Virus record (IMG/VR): IMGVR_UViG_3300032282_001987
Strand: one strand, 5' to 3'
Source: an uncultured virus (IMG/VR IMGVR_UViG_3300032282_001987)
Lineage: Duplodnaviria; Heunggongvirae; Uroviricota; Caudoviricetes
DNA length: 64,000 nt
Within the stretch, counting starts at the first letter, position 1. Each line of letters begins with the position of its first letter. The notes beneath the pieces were generated by a model. It was not told the DNA's origin and made no database searches. It was given only the letters and a program-made list of their open reading frames with translations. The translations under genes and the position numbers were made by a program. Shown here one piece after another: positions 16,991-28,500 of the stretch.

Positions 16991-18742
16991 ATGGCATCAT
17001 GGACACCCCAACAACTCACTAACCCTGACTTCATCAAGACATTGAGTCCACAAGACCGTAATGTGGCATTGAAGATGGCTAGGGATAACCAACTCACACA
17101 AGCTAGTATACTAGAGAAGAACAAATCCGATCTGGCTACTGTACAAGAGGAGAAGAATTCCATCACCAGGGCATCGATAGCCGAAGCACGTGCATCGGGT
17201 GATATCGCTAAAGCAGAAGCATTGCAAAAAAGGAAAGACGAATTAGCTATACAAGAAACTAAATTGTTAGCGAATGTGAGTGAGGGTGATAAGGCAGTAG
17301 CAGAGACAACAGTTGGTGCTAGTAACTTAGAGCAAGCAGGAGCGATAGCAGCCAATTCAGTGTATTCAGAAGCTGATGGTACATTGAGCAGACCTGCATA
17401 TGGTCCAGACACAACCAACCCCAATGTACCTACGCCGGCACCAGAGAGTCCTAGTGTCAACACCAGTCCAGCTACACCCACTGTCGAAGCACAACTAGCT
17501 GCCGATCCTAACGCAGTGACACCGGCGTACCCAGGAGATTCACCGGGCGGATCAGAGCCAACTCCTATAGTCAGTGGTCTAGCGTTACGCGACGAGACCG
17601 GAGCAGTCTCTACATTGAGAAAGAATCCAGAGACAGGAGAGTTATACACACCTGTTCCTGGTAGTGTACCCGAAGGTTTCGCAGATGAAAAGACAGTAGA
17701 TACACCCGGTGATGCTGGTGCGACTACTGGTACTGCATACGATGATGAAGGTAATCTCAATCCAGGGTGGTCACTAGATGAGAATAACAATCCTGTATAT
17801 GTGGGTGCAGGTTTCGTAGAACCTGCAACGTCAGCAAGTGCAGCACAGTCCCGCGCAGACGCGGCAGCGGCATCGAAGGCAGCACAAGCTAAAGCAGTCG
17901 CCAAAGCCAAAGCAGAATCTTTCCAAGCCAAAGATGATTGGCGAGTGCGCTTGAGCCTGTCACCCAAAGCAGATTATCTGTATAGGGCAGCTAAACCACA
18001 GGATATACTATATCCCCTACAAGGTACTGACGGTGTCGTATTTCCTTATACGCCAACGATAAACACAAACTATCGCGCCAATTACGAAGCAGCAGATATA
18101 ACACATACCAACTATAAAACACAGTTCTATAAAAATAGTACTGTGGAAGATGTATCGATAACAGCAGAATTCACAGCCCAGGATACGGTAGAAGCGAATT
18201 ACTTATTAGCTGTGATACATTTCTTCAAGTCTGCTACTAAGATGTTTTATGGACGGGATGTCAATCCTAGAGCAGGTACACCTCCCCCATTGTTATATCT
18301 CACAGGGTATGGGGCGTTTCAATTCGATAATCATCCATTAGCACTGTCTAACTTCCAGTACAATCTACCTAACGATGTAGACTATATACGTGCTGGAACT
18401 ACGAATCAATGGGCGGGACAGAATATACAATCATATGCATCGAAAGCTCCTACTACCAGACCTGGATCAGCAGTGTTGAGTGGTCTGACTGACATATTCA
18501 AACCTGGTTCTGGTAAATTGCCTAAAGGGGGAGTGAAGCCTGCTTCTGCATTCAACAATGCTAGTACAGGTGCTAGCCTGAGCAAGCCTGCATATACATA
18601 TGTACCTACAAAAATATCATTGACATTGACATTGATCCCGATAGTGACCAGGAGAGATATCAGCCAGACATTCAGTTTGAAAGAATACGCAACTGGTTCA
18701 TTGCTGAGGGGATCGAAGAGGAATAGCGGAGGAATCTGGTAA
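16991..18742 (+). CDS. Baseplate / tail-tube-initiator-like protein with long low-complexity N-terminal region
   Basis: C-terminal globular domain DWRVRLSL...GVVFPYTP...FTAQ...TKMFYG...GTPPP...DVDY; first gene of the baseplate cluster; start moved to 16991 using the RBS. Confidence 0.6.
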   Translation: MASWTPQQLTNPDFIKTLSPQDRNVALKMARDNQLTQASILEKNKSDLATVQEEKNSITRASIAEARASGDIAKAEALQKRKDELAIQETKLLANVSEGDKAVAETTVGASNLEQAGAIAANSVYSEADGTLSRPAYGPDTTNPNVPTPAPESPSVNTSPATPTVEAQLAADPNAVTPAYPGDSPGGSEPTPIVSGLALRDETGAVSTLRKNPETGELYTPVPGSVPEGFADEKTVDTPGDAGATTGTAYDDEGNLNPGWSLDENNNPVYVGAGFVEPATSASAAQSRADAAAASKAAQAKAVAKAKAESFQAKDDWRVRLSLSPKADYLYRAAKPQDILYPLQGTDGVVFPYTPTINTNYRANYEAADITHTNYKTQFYKNSTVEDVSITAEFTAQDTVEANYLLAVIHFFKSATKMFYGRDVNPRAGTPPPLLYLTGYGAFQFDNHPLALSNFQYNLPNDVDYIRAGTTNQWAGQNIQSYASKAPTTRPGSAVLSGLTDIFKPGSGKLPKGGVKPASAFNNASTGASLSKPAYTYVPTKISLTLTLIPIVTRRDISQTFSLKEYATGSLLRGSKRNSGGIW

Positions 18743-19041
18743 TGGCATACGGTCAGACAAGCCCTTATCATCTAACATCTATCTATAATAATGAATTCTT
18801 AGATGTGATGGTAGATAGAGTGATCCCTATGGATCCATCGGACATCTATTGGGAGATAACACAGACATATCATATGCGCCCGGATCTATTGGCATTCGAC
18901 TTGTATGAAGATAGTAGATTGTGGTGGGTGTTCGCACAGCGCAATCCTAATAGGATAAAAGATCCGTTATTCGATTTCGTTGCCGGCACTGGTATATATA
19001 TCCCACAATTACCTGCGTTGAGACAAGCGTTAGGTATATAA
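18742..19041 (+). CDS. Baseplate wedge protein, LysM-like (gp53-like)
   Basis: RPDLLAFDLYEDSRLWWVFAQRN...DP...G..IYIP. Confidence 0.8.
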   Translation: MAYGQTSPYHLTSIYNNEFLDVMVDRVIPMDPSDIYWEITQTYHMRPDLLAFDLYEDSRLWWVFAQRNPNRIKDPLFDFVAGTGIYIPQLPALRQALGI

Positions 19042-19042
19042 T

Positions 19043-21532
19043 ATGGCAACACCCGGACCAACATTAAGTGGTGCAGATGATGATGGGGGCGGAGCTCCTA
19101 GGGGTACTACACCAACAGGTGCTACCCCAGCCGGTACTGCTACTGCTACTCCTACTACTACCAGTACTTCTAGTCCCGCATCTACTATTGTCACCCCTAA
19201 CGCAGGAACGACATCTTCAGGTGCTGCCGGGACGAGCAAATTAGGTAGCACAGATAACATCATAGGTAGGCGCGTATATAATCCATTATCAGAGTTAAGC
19301 AGCTACACTTATAAGATTGGTCTATATTTCCTAGACCCTGTATATTTCAATGCTTACATGGAAGGTGATCAATCTGCTGTGAAGAATTTCAAATTGATAG
19401 CACAGAGCGGCGGAATAACAAAAGGAGTAGATTCTGAACGAGCGAAGGGATTCGACTTAGATTTTTACATAGACAACCTAGAGATGCATACCAAGACTGG
19501 TGTGGGGTCTAATCAAGCAGTATCGAATACTATAGAATTCAAATTCCAGGTCATAGAACCATATGGATTCACGTTCACTAATAAGATAGTAGAAGCTGCG
19601 ATAGGATTACAGAAAGATAGATTAGCGATGGATCCTTCTGCTGCTAGCGATGCCATCGTTAGCCTGAAAGAACATTTCTTTCTGATGATAAATTTCTTTG
19701 GATATGACAAAGATGGTAAAGTAGTTAGCGGAAAAGATTATCCACAAGCTGATATAAAGAAAACAGATGAACAAGCTATATTCGAGCGAGGATTTCCTAT
19801 AGTCATAACCAAGTTCAATTTTAGGTTAGAGAATAAATCAGTGATCTATAACATAGAAGCTAAACCAGTCAATCTGCAAGCAGGATTGGGAACTAAGTTA
19901 GGCACGATCAAGAGTCCGATAACTATCAAGGGCGAGACAGTGAATGATCTGCTCTTAGGTCCAAATGGTCTATTCACTGCATTGAACAAAGCAGAAGAAT
20001 TAGAACTACAAGCAGAGAATCCTAAGATAGAGATAAAGCAGACTATAACCGCAGAATTCGAAAAAAACTCAGACATAGCAGAGGCACTGATAGTTCCTAA
20101 AGATTATTACACTAAACAGAAAACACCTATGTTCGAAGTATTGAGTTCAGAAGCCAGTAATGTACGTGCGGAATATCTCAACAAACTAGGCTCTATAGAA
20201 AAGACACAGCGCGAGATCGCTATTCCTGCAGGAATGCCCATAGTCCAAGCTATCGATCTTATAATCACACAGAGCAGCTATATCAGGGACGCTTTGAAAG
20301 CCAGCGTGATAGAAGAAAATGATACAGTGAAACCCGGTGATCCTACATATGTACCTAACTCAGATGTAAAAAAATTATCTTGGTTCAATGTATTACCTAG
20401 TGTCAAGATCAATCCCAAGAAAGATACTAAACGAAATGATTATGTGTATGACATAACATATAATATACAGAAATATGAGATACCTTACGTAAGAGCACTG
20501 ACGTATGGTACTACGACCAAATACTATGGACCGCATAAGAGGTATGATTATTGGTATACAGGAGAGAATACAGAGATCACTGGTTATGAGCAAGAGTACA
20601 ATCTAGCTTACTTCAACGCATCAGTCGTTTCCAGTAAAGCAGCAACAGACAACAGAGATCCCGCTCCACAAGCAAGGATGGGTTCAAGTGAAGGTGACTC
20701 TACTATGCGTATACCTGGATCATTAGAGCCTGAGAATAGTATAAAGGCTTTCTTGTATAGCCCCAAAGATCAACTACATGCCAGGATAAAAATATTAGGT
20801 GACCCTGATTATCTCATGGAAGCAGTCAGTGGTCGCTTGAACGATGTCTATAAAAAATGGTACGGTGATAATTTCACGATAAATCCAAATAGTGGTCAAG
20901 TGTTCATAGAGATAGATTTCAAGCAGCCTGTAGATTATGACCTCAAGACCGGTCTATTAGAGACTAATGATAGCATAAAGTTCTGGGATTACCCCAAAGA
21001 CATGGCTAGGCAAGTTAAAGGTATGTGCTATATGTTGATGGAAGTGACTAGCAGATTCTCTAGGGGAAGATTCGAACAAGAATTGAGGGGAGTGTTACCT
21101 CCCCTATTCACTGACATACAGTCAGAAGAAAAACCAAGAGAAGAAACAAAGCCAGCAGAACCTGAGAGAACACCTACAGCTCCGACAGCCCCTGCTGCCT
21201 CTCAAGCTGATGTGAGGAGATCGGATAACGCTATCGAGGAGAGAACTGCTAGACCTGCACCTATACCTATCAGTCCACTGGTGGCGAACAGCATGCCCGG
21301 ATCGACATTATTGAGACAAGCCGGCTTGCCACCTATTGTTGGGGGAACAGTATCAGATGACTCAGCTAGGGCAGGAACGCCTGCACCGGTCAGTACCACG
21401 CCTCCGGCAGACGCAGGGCGCACTGAGACACCCACGACTAACGCACAACCCAGAGTGCTTGAAAATCTATTAGGTGCTGGACGAGTATTGCAGAGCCAGA
21501 ATATAATAGATGTATCTAAATTGAGAAGATAA
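19043..21532 (+). CDS. Baseplate hub protein (gp27-like) with disordered termini
   Basis: Lies between the gp53-like and gp5-like genes; NPL...SYTY, IEPYG, IKILGDPDYL and Y..MEVTSRFSRGRFEQEL motifs. Confidence 0.6.
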   Translation: MATPGPTLSGADDDGGGAPRGTTPTGATPAGTATATPTTTSTSSPASTIVTPNAGTTSSGAAGTSKLGSTDNIIGRRVYNPLSELSSYTYKIGLYFLDPVYFNAYMEGDQSAVKNFKLIAQSGGITKGVDSERAKGFDLDFYIDNLEMHTKTGVGSNQAVSNTIEFKFQVIEPYGFTFTNKIVEAAIGLQKDRLAMDPSAASDAIVSLKEHFFLMINFFGYDKDGKVVSGKDYPQADIKKTDEQAIFERGFPIVITKFNFRLENKSVIYNIEAKPVNLQAGLGTKLGTIKSPITIKGETVNDLLLGPNGLFTALNKAEELELQAENPKIEIKQTITAEFEKNSDIAEALIVPKDYYTKQKTPMFEVLSSEASNVRAEYLNKLGSIEKTQREIAIPAGMPIVQAIDLIITQSSYIRDALKASVIEENDTVKPGDPTYVPNSDVKKLSWFNVLPSVKINPKKDTKRNDYVYDITYNIQKYEIPYVRALTYGTTTKYYGPHKRYDYWYTGENTEITGYEQEYNLAYFNASVVSSKAATDNRDPAPQARMGSSEGDSTMRIPGSLEPENSIKAFLYSPKDQLHARIKILGDPDYLMEAVSGRLNDVYKKWYGDNFTINPNSGQVFIEIDFKQPVDYDLKTGLLETNDSIKFWDYPKDMARQVKGMCYMLMEVTSRFSRGRFEQELRGVLPPLFTDIQSEEKPREETKPAEPERTPTAPTAPAASQADVRRSDNAIEERTARPAPIPISPLVANSMPGSTLLRQAGLPPIVGGTVSDDSARAGTPAPVSTTPPADAGRTETPTTNAQPRVLENLLGAGRVLQSQNIIDVSKLRR

Positions 21533-21533
21533 A

Positions 21534-24500
21534 ATGTCAGCAGAAGATATCATTAAAACTAGAGGAACACTAAAGAGTCAGACAGAAGAAGCTGGCGGAG
21601 CCGTATTAGTACCTTATCCTTGTATAGGAATAGTGAAGAACAACGTAGATAAGACACGTTCGGGTAAGATAAAGGTCTATCTGAAAATAAAAGGAGCCAG
21701 CGGAAATCAAGAGGATCCCAACTCATGGACCGAGGTCAGCTACATGAGTCCTTTCTTTGGAGCTACCCCCAACGACAGCAGTTCGAATGACCTAGGAAAA
21801 TATGCAGGAAATCCGCACAGCTATGGTATATGGGCTACACCTCCTGATCTAGATACCGAAGTAGTATGTGTGTTCTTAAATGGATCATTAGAGTTTGGAT
21901 ATTATATAGGTTGTGTTCCTCCTATCGGAATGACGCACATGGTTCCTGCCATCGCAGCCAGCGATAAGGTCATAGCCAATTCAGGAGAAGCAGAGAGTTA
22001 TGGTGGTGCGACTAGATTGCCTGTCGCAGAGATAAACAATGCGAATAAAAAATTAGATAGCCAACCCACATTTATAGATCAAGCCAGACCTGTGCATAGC
22101 TATCAGGCTGCGATACTGAACAAGCAAGGACTGATACGTGACCCCGACAGGGGCACGATAGGTAGCAGCAGCCTGCGAGAGAGTCCAAGCAGGGTATTTG
22201 GTATAAGCACGCCGGGTAGACCGATCTATCGCGGCGGATATGATGATCAGACTATTGCTGATGCAGTGAAGAACAGTTCTATACCCGACAAGAATTTCGG
22301 CATCATAGGTCGCAGGGGCGGACATAGCATCGTCATGGATGATGGTGACATAGTAGGCAAAGATCAGTTAGTGCGTATCAGGACAGCGCAGGGCCATCAG
22401 ATAATGATGAATGATTCAGCGCAGACATTGTTCATCATACATGCTAATGGTCAGAGTTATGTAGAGTTGGGTAAAGAGGGTACTATCGATATGTACTCTA
22501 CCAATAGCGTCAACATCAGGACGCAAGGTGATCTGAACCTACACGCTGATAATAACATCAATATGCATGCCACAAAAGACTTCAATCTATCAGCAGAGAA
22601 TATCAGAATGGAGAGCGGCAAAGAAACTACCCAACTGATAGGTTCTAATTTCAAACAACACACCAAAGGAGAATTGACTTCTAAGGTAGATGGTAAGATG
22701 AGTTATGCGTCAGGCGCAGATTCTAGTTTCCTGAGCAGTGCTATCACATACATCAATGGTTCTAAGATCAACTTGAACACAGGTGCTAGTGGATTAGTGC
22801 CACAAGCAGTGAAGCCTATACCATTAGTAGCACACACGGACACATTGTTCGATGACAAGAAAGGTTATGCACCAGCGCCAGGCAAACTACAGAGCATCAC
22901 TTCACGTGCGCCTGCACATAGCCCATGGGCGAATGCCAATCAAGGTGTCAATGTACCTTCTAATCTCAGTGCTAGTGCAGCATTCCCACCTGCGCCATCT
23001 CCGGCATTATCTCAAGTCAACAGGGCTATACCTGATGCACCGGAAACCGGGACAACACCGGCAGTAGCAGCTACTGTGACACCGACCGCAGGTGTATCCA
23101 GAAGCCTCACACCTGCCGTGACCAGCTCATTGTTGTCACAGAGCGCAGTGAACGCAGCGACAGGTCCTACAGCCGATGCAGTGAGTGCAGCAGCAGGCGT
23201 GGTAACATCAGGTGGCGCGGCCATGCCAGCAGTGGGTCCTTTCGCGCTGAATGCAGATCAATTAGAAGCATCGGGATTGATAAAACCGGGCGCAGCAGCA
23301 TTAGTCAATGGGGCTATACAATCAGGTACCAGATCACTATCGCAGAGCATTCCTCAGAACGTGCTTACTGGCAAAGACGGTGTGACCTCTATAGATCAAT
23401 TGATCAGGAACATTCCTGCACAAGCAGGCGCTATGATGAATCTATTAGGACAAGGTGAGAAAGCATTGATATCTGCTGGTCTGATAGATCCGTCTGAGAG
23501 TCCCACACAGACTGCGGGCCCAGTGTTAGCCGCCGCTACTGCGGGCATCACACGCACATTAGAATTCGCTAAAGGTGTCATCGGTAATGAAGCTACTGGT
23601 TCAGCGATAGCATCTACGCTAGCAGGTGGCGCTGGTCTAGATGTCGCTAAGTTGACATCAGGTGCCGATCTCACTGCCGGTCTATCGAGTGCCGGTCTGA
23701 AATTGAATGCTACCGGTGAAGGATTGAAGATGCCTGAATCGTTCCCCGATATCAAAGGTTCTGTGAGTGACCTCATGGCAGCAGGTAAACTCGCTGCTAC
23801 TATGGCTGACAAGACGCTGAGTGGATTAGGTGGAGTCACTCCACCAGGAGATCAATTGCAAGGTGCTGTTGCAGGAGTATTTGGTTCGGTCACTGCCGCA
23901 TTCAAGCCATTCGCATCTGGTGAACCAGTAAACTTGACTGAATTGAAAAAAGCCGCAGAAGAATTAAAAGCAGCAACAGAAGCAGCTAATCTGCCTACAG
24001 CTACTCCAGCTGATATCAACGCATCATTGACTAGATCATTGGGCTTGAATTCAGGTGGTTCATTGAGAACTACACTAGAATCGGCAGGAGCAGCCATGAC
24101 TGCTGCTACATCAAATGCAGAGTCTCCCGGCGATGCCATAGCTAGGGGTACTAGTATATTGAGTGGATTAGCCACATCGGCAGTTGGAGCTTTCGGCGGA
24201 GATACCACTGACATGTTGTCTGGTATACCCGGTGGTGCAGCATCTATCAATTCAGTGATGAGTTATGCACCAGAATTAAAGAGATTAGCTGAGAGTGCGA
24301 CTGCGCCTGGCGGTGCAGTAGGTAGCGTAGTAGATAGCGTGAAGAATCTAGGTGGAACATTAGAACAGACATTCAAAACAATGGATGTGCCGGGCGTTCC
24401 TAGCGTACCAGGAATACCTAACGTACCGGGAGGCGCAGACCTGAGCAAAGCTATCGGTGGTGTGTTGAGTGCCGTCAAGACCGGATTGCCACAGATCCAA

Positions 24501-24992
24501 TCTATAGTAGGTGGATTAGAGAGCAAGATGGCATCAGTTGGTGATGGTCTAGAATCATTAGCATCTACAGGATTAGGATCAGCAGATGCCGCTAAATTAG
24601 CCGGCGCGATAAGTTCCGTAGGCACCGGTGGCTCTACTGAAGTCAGACTCCCATCAGTAGGAACACAGACATTCGACTTTGGTCCAATGGCTGCACAAGC
24701 TAAGTTGTTGTTGGGAGATGCTAAGATACCTGCGATCAATTTCGGTGGCATCTCAGCAAATGCAGGAAAACCAGTATCAGCGGACCAGATCAAAGCATAT
24801 GATGAATTGAAAGTTAAATTAGCAGCAAAAGAAGATCAGCAATGGGATCTCAGGAAAGCATACTTAGATGCTAAGGGTAAATATGGTCCAGAAGATCCCA
24901 AGACTATAACAGCGAATGAGGCATGGAAAGCATGCCTAGCAGATATAGAACAGATAAAAGCAGCTATGCAAAAGTCAGTGGGCTACACATAA
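21534..24992 (+). CDS. Baseplate central spike (gp5/VgrG-like) with long Ala/Gly-rich C-terminal extension
   Basis: OB-fold GIVKNNVDKTRSGKIKV...SYGIWATPPDLDTEV; GHSIVMDD, RIRTAQGHQI; beta-helix NIRTQGDLNLHADNNINM; GSKINLN. Confidence 0.8.
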   Translation: MSAEDIIKTRGTLKSQTEEAGGAVLVPYPCIGIVKNNVDKTRSGKIKVYLKIKGASGNQEDPNSWTEVSYMSPFFGATPNDSSSNDLGKYAGNPHSYGIWATPPDLDTEVVCVFLNGSLEFGYYIGCVPPIGMTHMVPAIAASDKVIANSGEAESYGGATRLPVAEINNANKKLDSQPTFIDQARPVHSYQAAILNKQGLIRDPDRGTIGSSSLRESPSRVFGISTPGRPIYRGGYDDQTIADAVKNSSIPDKNFGIIGRRGGHSIVMDDGDIVGKDQLVRIRTAQGHQIMMNDSAQTLFIIHANGQSYVELGKEGTIDMYSTNSVNIRTQGDLNLHADNNINMHATKDFNLSAENIRMESGKETTQLIGSNFKQHTKGELTSKVDGKMSYASGADSSFLSSAITYINGSKINLNTGASGLVPQAVKPIPLVAHTDTLFDDKKGYAPAPGKLQSITSRAPAHSPWANANQGVNVPSNLSASAAFPPAPSPALSQVNRAIPDAPETGTTPAVAATVTPTAGVSRSLTPAVTSSLLSQSAVNAATGPTADAVSAAAGVVTSGGAAMPAVGPFALNADQLEASGLIKPGAAALVNGAIQSGTRSLSQSIPQNVLTGKDGVTSIDQLIRNIPAQAGAMMNLLGQGEKALISAGLIDPSESPTQTAGPVLAAATAGITRTLEFAKGVIGNEATGSAIASTLAGGAGLDVAKLTSGADLTAGLSSAGLKLNATGEGLKMPESFPDIKGSVSDLMAAGKLAATMADKTLSGLGGVTPPGDQLQGAVAGVFGSVTAAFKPFASGEPVNLTELKKAAEELKAATEAANLPTATPADINASLTRSLGLNSGGSLRTTLESAGAAMTAATSNAESPGDAIARGTSILSGLATSAVGAFGGDTTDMLSGIPGGAASINSVMSYAPELKRLAESATAPGGAVGSVVDSVKNLGGTLEQTFKTMDVPGVPSVPGIPNVPGGADLSKAIGGVLSAVKTGLPQIQSIVGGLESKMASVGDGLESLASTGLGSADAAKLAGAISSVGTGGSTEVRLPSVGTQTFDFGPMAAQAKLLLGDAKIPAINFGGISANAGKPVSADQIKAYDELKVKLAAKEDQQWDLRKAYLDAKGKYGPEDPKTITANEAWKACLADIEQIKAAMQKSVGYT

Positions 24993-25014
24993 TAAATAAT
25001 TCATAGGAACTAAA

Positions 25015-25470
25015 ATGTCAACATTTTTTGGATTCAACACACAAAATATCGATCAAGTCCGTACAAATCTCAACCGCGGAGTGGATGGTGGATCCAATCT
25101 GGTAAAGAATTATCCAGTGACTACATCGGGAAAGAAGTTTAGGTTGAGCGATACTGATCTAGTCATTAGAGATTTCATCAATGCATTGAACATTCCCCAA
25201 GGACAGAAGCCCGGAAAACCTGAGTATGGTACTACGTTATGGAGCTTTGTGTTCGAACCTAACGTTCCCGATGTGCGCGGCCAGTTAGAGAGGGAGATAC
25301 AACGTGTAGCATCATTAGATCCTAGGATAGAACTCAATACTGTAACTGCGTATCCACAAGATGAAGGTATATTGATAGAACTTGATATGGCTGTCACTCC
25401 ATTCAATGATCCCATGACACTATCTATCATGTTTGATCAAAAGACTAGCAGCGCATTTGGCATACAATAA
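25015..25470 (+). CDS. Baseplate wedge / sheath initiator (gp25-like)
   Basis: GQKPGKPEYGTTLWSFVFEP...DPRI; AATAAATA box at 24991-24998. Confidence 0.85.
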   Translation: MSTFFGFNTQNIDQVRTNLNRGVDGGSNLVKNYPVTTSGKKFRLSDTDLVIRDFINALNIPQGQKPGKPEYGTTLWSFVFEPNVPDVRGQLEREIQRVASLDPRIELNTVTAYPQDEGILIELDMAVTPFNDPMTLSIMFDQKTSSAFGIQ

Positions 25471-25513
25471 AACGCCATTTTCCCTAGTGATAAATATATA
25501 AAAGAGAGAAGAT

Positions 25514-28500
25514 ATGGCCACAAGTTCAAGACAGTCATCGTTGTTTGGAGTCAATGATTGGAAAACGATCTATAAGACGTACAAACAGGCTGATTTTCAG
25601 AGTTATGATTATGAGACATTGCGTAAGACCTTTGTCGATTACCTTCGCACCTATTACCCAGAAACGTTCAATGACTATGTAGAGAGCAGCGAATATGTCG
25701 CTTTATTGGATGTCATGGCTTTCATGGGGCAAGCACTGAGCTTCCGTGATGATTTGAACACACGTGAGAACTTCATCGATACAGCAGAGCGCCGTGATAG
25801 CGTCATCAAACTAGCTAACTTGGTAGGATATAACCCCAAGAGAAACATCGCAGGTCAAGGCTATCTGAAACTCACAAGCATACAGACTACTGAGCAAGTC
25901 AAAGACATAACTGGGCTGAACCTGAGCAATCTCACTATATTGTGGAATGATCCGGGCAACCCTAACTGGCAAGAACAATTCAACTCTATCATCAATGCTG
26001 CCCTGATCAACGCCCAGCGTGTAGGTCGTCCAGGCAACAGCCAGAACATATTGAATGTCAAGACCGATGAATATAGCATAAGCATCCCGGCTGGCGTGAC
26101 AGCTACTGCCCCGTTCTCCGCTACAGTAGACGGTGTAGGTATGAATTTCGAATGTGTCAGCGTCACTAGCGTGAATTCCAACGATGTATATGAGTTGCCA
26201 CCAGGACCCACTGGTGTGTTCAATATACTGTACAGGAACGACAAACTAGGTTATGGAAGCCCCAACACAGGATTTTTCTTCTACTTCAAGCAAGGAGCAC
26301 TACAACAATATAGTTTCTCTCTGCCTGAACAGATCAGCAGTCAAGTGGTAGATATCGATATCCAAGGTGTCAATAATACTGACACATGGTTATATGCATT
26401 GAACACATCCACTAATGCATTGACACAATGGAATCATGTAGACAGCATATATGACAACAATAATCAAGGTGTCAACAAAGAGAGAAAGATATTCAGCGTA
26501 GTATCACGTTTCAATGATCAAGTCAGCTATGTGTTTGGTGACGGAGTATTCGGTGATATACCTGTAGGAAATTACTTAGCGTATGTGCGTTCGGGAAATG
26601 CTCTCACATATACTATCAATCCAGATGAGATGCAAGGTACTACCATAACATTGAATTATATCAGCCGTGTAGGTAGGATCGAGACATTGACTATGACATT
26701 AGAGTTGACTGTTCCAGTATCGAACGCGCAAGCACGTGAGACATTACAGAACATCAAACAACGTGCTCCACAGAGGTATTACTCACAGAACAGGATGGTG
26801 AATGGTGAGGACTATAATAACTTCCCATATACATTATATGGTTCTATCATAAAGAGCAAAGCACTGAATCGCAGCAGTGTAGGTGTCAGCCGTAGTTTCG
26901 ATCTGATCGATCCTAGCGCCAAATATTCTAGCACTAATGATTTCTCCGACGACGGCGGCTTGTACATCGAAGAAGGTGATGGATATACTACGTTCACAGC
27001 TAATAGCACGAATGATATAGTGAGCTTCCTGACTGATGTGTTGAATAACCAATTAAACAATCATCGTACTCTGCAATATTATTATCAGTATTATGACAGA
27101 TATGATATCAGCCCTGCGTCAGGTGATGGTACTATATATTGGAATCAATCGTCATTCAATACATTAGAGTCTACGGGATATTTCTATAACTATCTAGGTT
27201 CTATCCCAGTAGGTATATACAGCACGGGTCATGTGAAATATATCACCCCTGGCGCATTATTAAAGTTTGTCGCTCCGCCGGGAAAATATTTCGATACTAA
27301 CTATAGACTAGTCGAGGGAATACCAACACCAGCAGATTCTACATTCTTGTGGACTAGCGTAGCAGCAGTGACCGGTGACGGAAATAACAATGGTAATGGT
27401 AATCTAGACAATGGTCTAGGTCCTGTGACATTGAACAACGCATTACCAGATGGCATCATATTGACTACTGTCATCCCTTCATTCACTAATCTGTTACCAA
27501 ACGACATAATACAAGAATGCGTACAGCAGATCGTGTTGAATAAGAGCTTCACATTGATATTCGATAATTCATTGTTAGCTAATCAGACACGCTGGTCATT
27601 GAGCACATATACCGATCCCAATTATTTCGTGAAGTTCGAGAGCCTAGGTTCGAACAGATATAGGGTAGTCTATAAGTCTATCGCTTATTATTTTGGCAGC
27701 GCAAACAATGTGAGATTCACATTTGATACTAATCGTGTAGTCTATGATCCTGCTACAGGTAAACTATTACAGGACTTCGTGAATATACTGAAGATAAACA
27801 GCCAGCCAGATAGCAATTATCCTTTCCCTAACGAATTGAAGTTGAGCGTAGTGGGTCAACTTGTAGAGACCGATGGATATGTAGATGATTACAGTGTAGA
27901 GGTAGCCAGCACTGATCCAAACATATCAGGTGCAGTCAAGGATCCAGATTTCTTCGCTACAGTAACTGGATATGTCACAGGTGCTACTAACTATCGTCAT
28001 TTCGCGTTCTTCGAGCGAATCACAGATGCGAATCTGTTGACTAGATATCGCTTGGTTCCATCTACATCTATCAACTATGCATACACTACTAGGGCAGACA
28101 TAGCATTAGTGAAATATGAATATGCAGCAGGTCAGATATATTACGCTACTAAAGAGAATGTTTTCTATCAATCTGTCAGCGATTCTATATATGAGAACGT
28201 GATTGACCTAGTGCAATTAGATAACTATGTAGCTAAGATAGGTCGCCAGGGTTTGAATTTTCAATATAGACATAACTCTAGCAATACTACTAGGATAGAT
28301 CCTGCTACTACGAACATCATCGATTTATATGTTGTCACACAGAGTTACTACACTGATTATCAGAACTGGATAAAGGATAACACAGACACATTGGTCGAGC
28401 CTACCCCACCAACAATCAATGAATTGAATCTCACTTACTCAAAGATCAATGATTATAAGATGTTGACGGATAGCGTGATATTGAATAGTGTCAAATTCAA

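Noticed and set aside
16984..17967. 327-aa antisense ORF, and the many other antisense ORFs in the track (e.g. 9436-10035, 24263-24793, 45859-46392, 63124-63756)
   Set aside because: They lie wholly opposite well-supported genes, have no RBS or recognisable motifs, and are the expected shadow of sense-strand codon bias.
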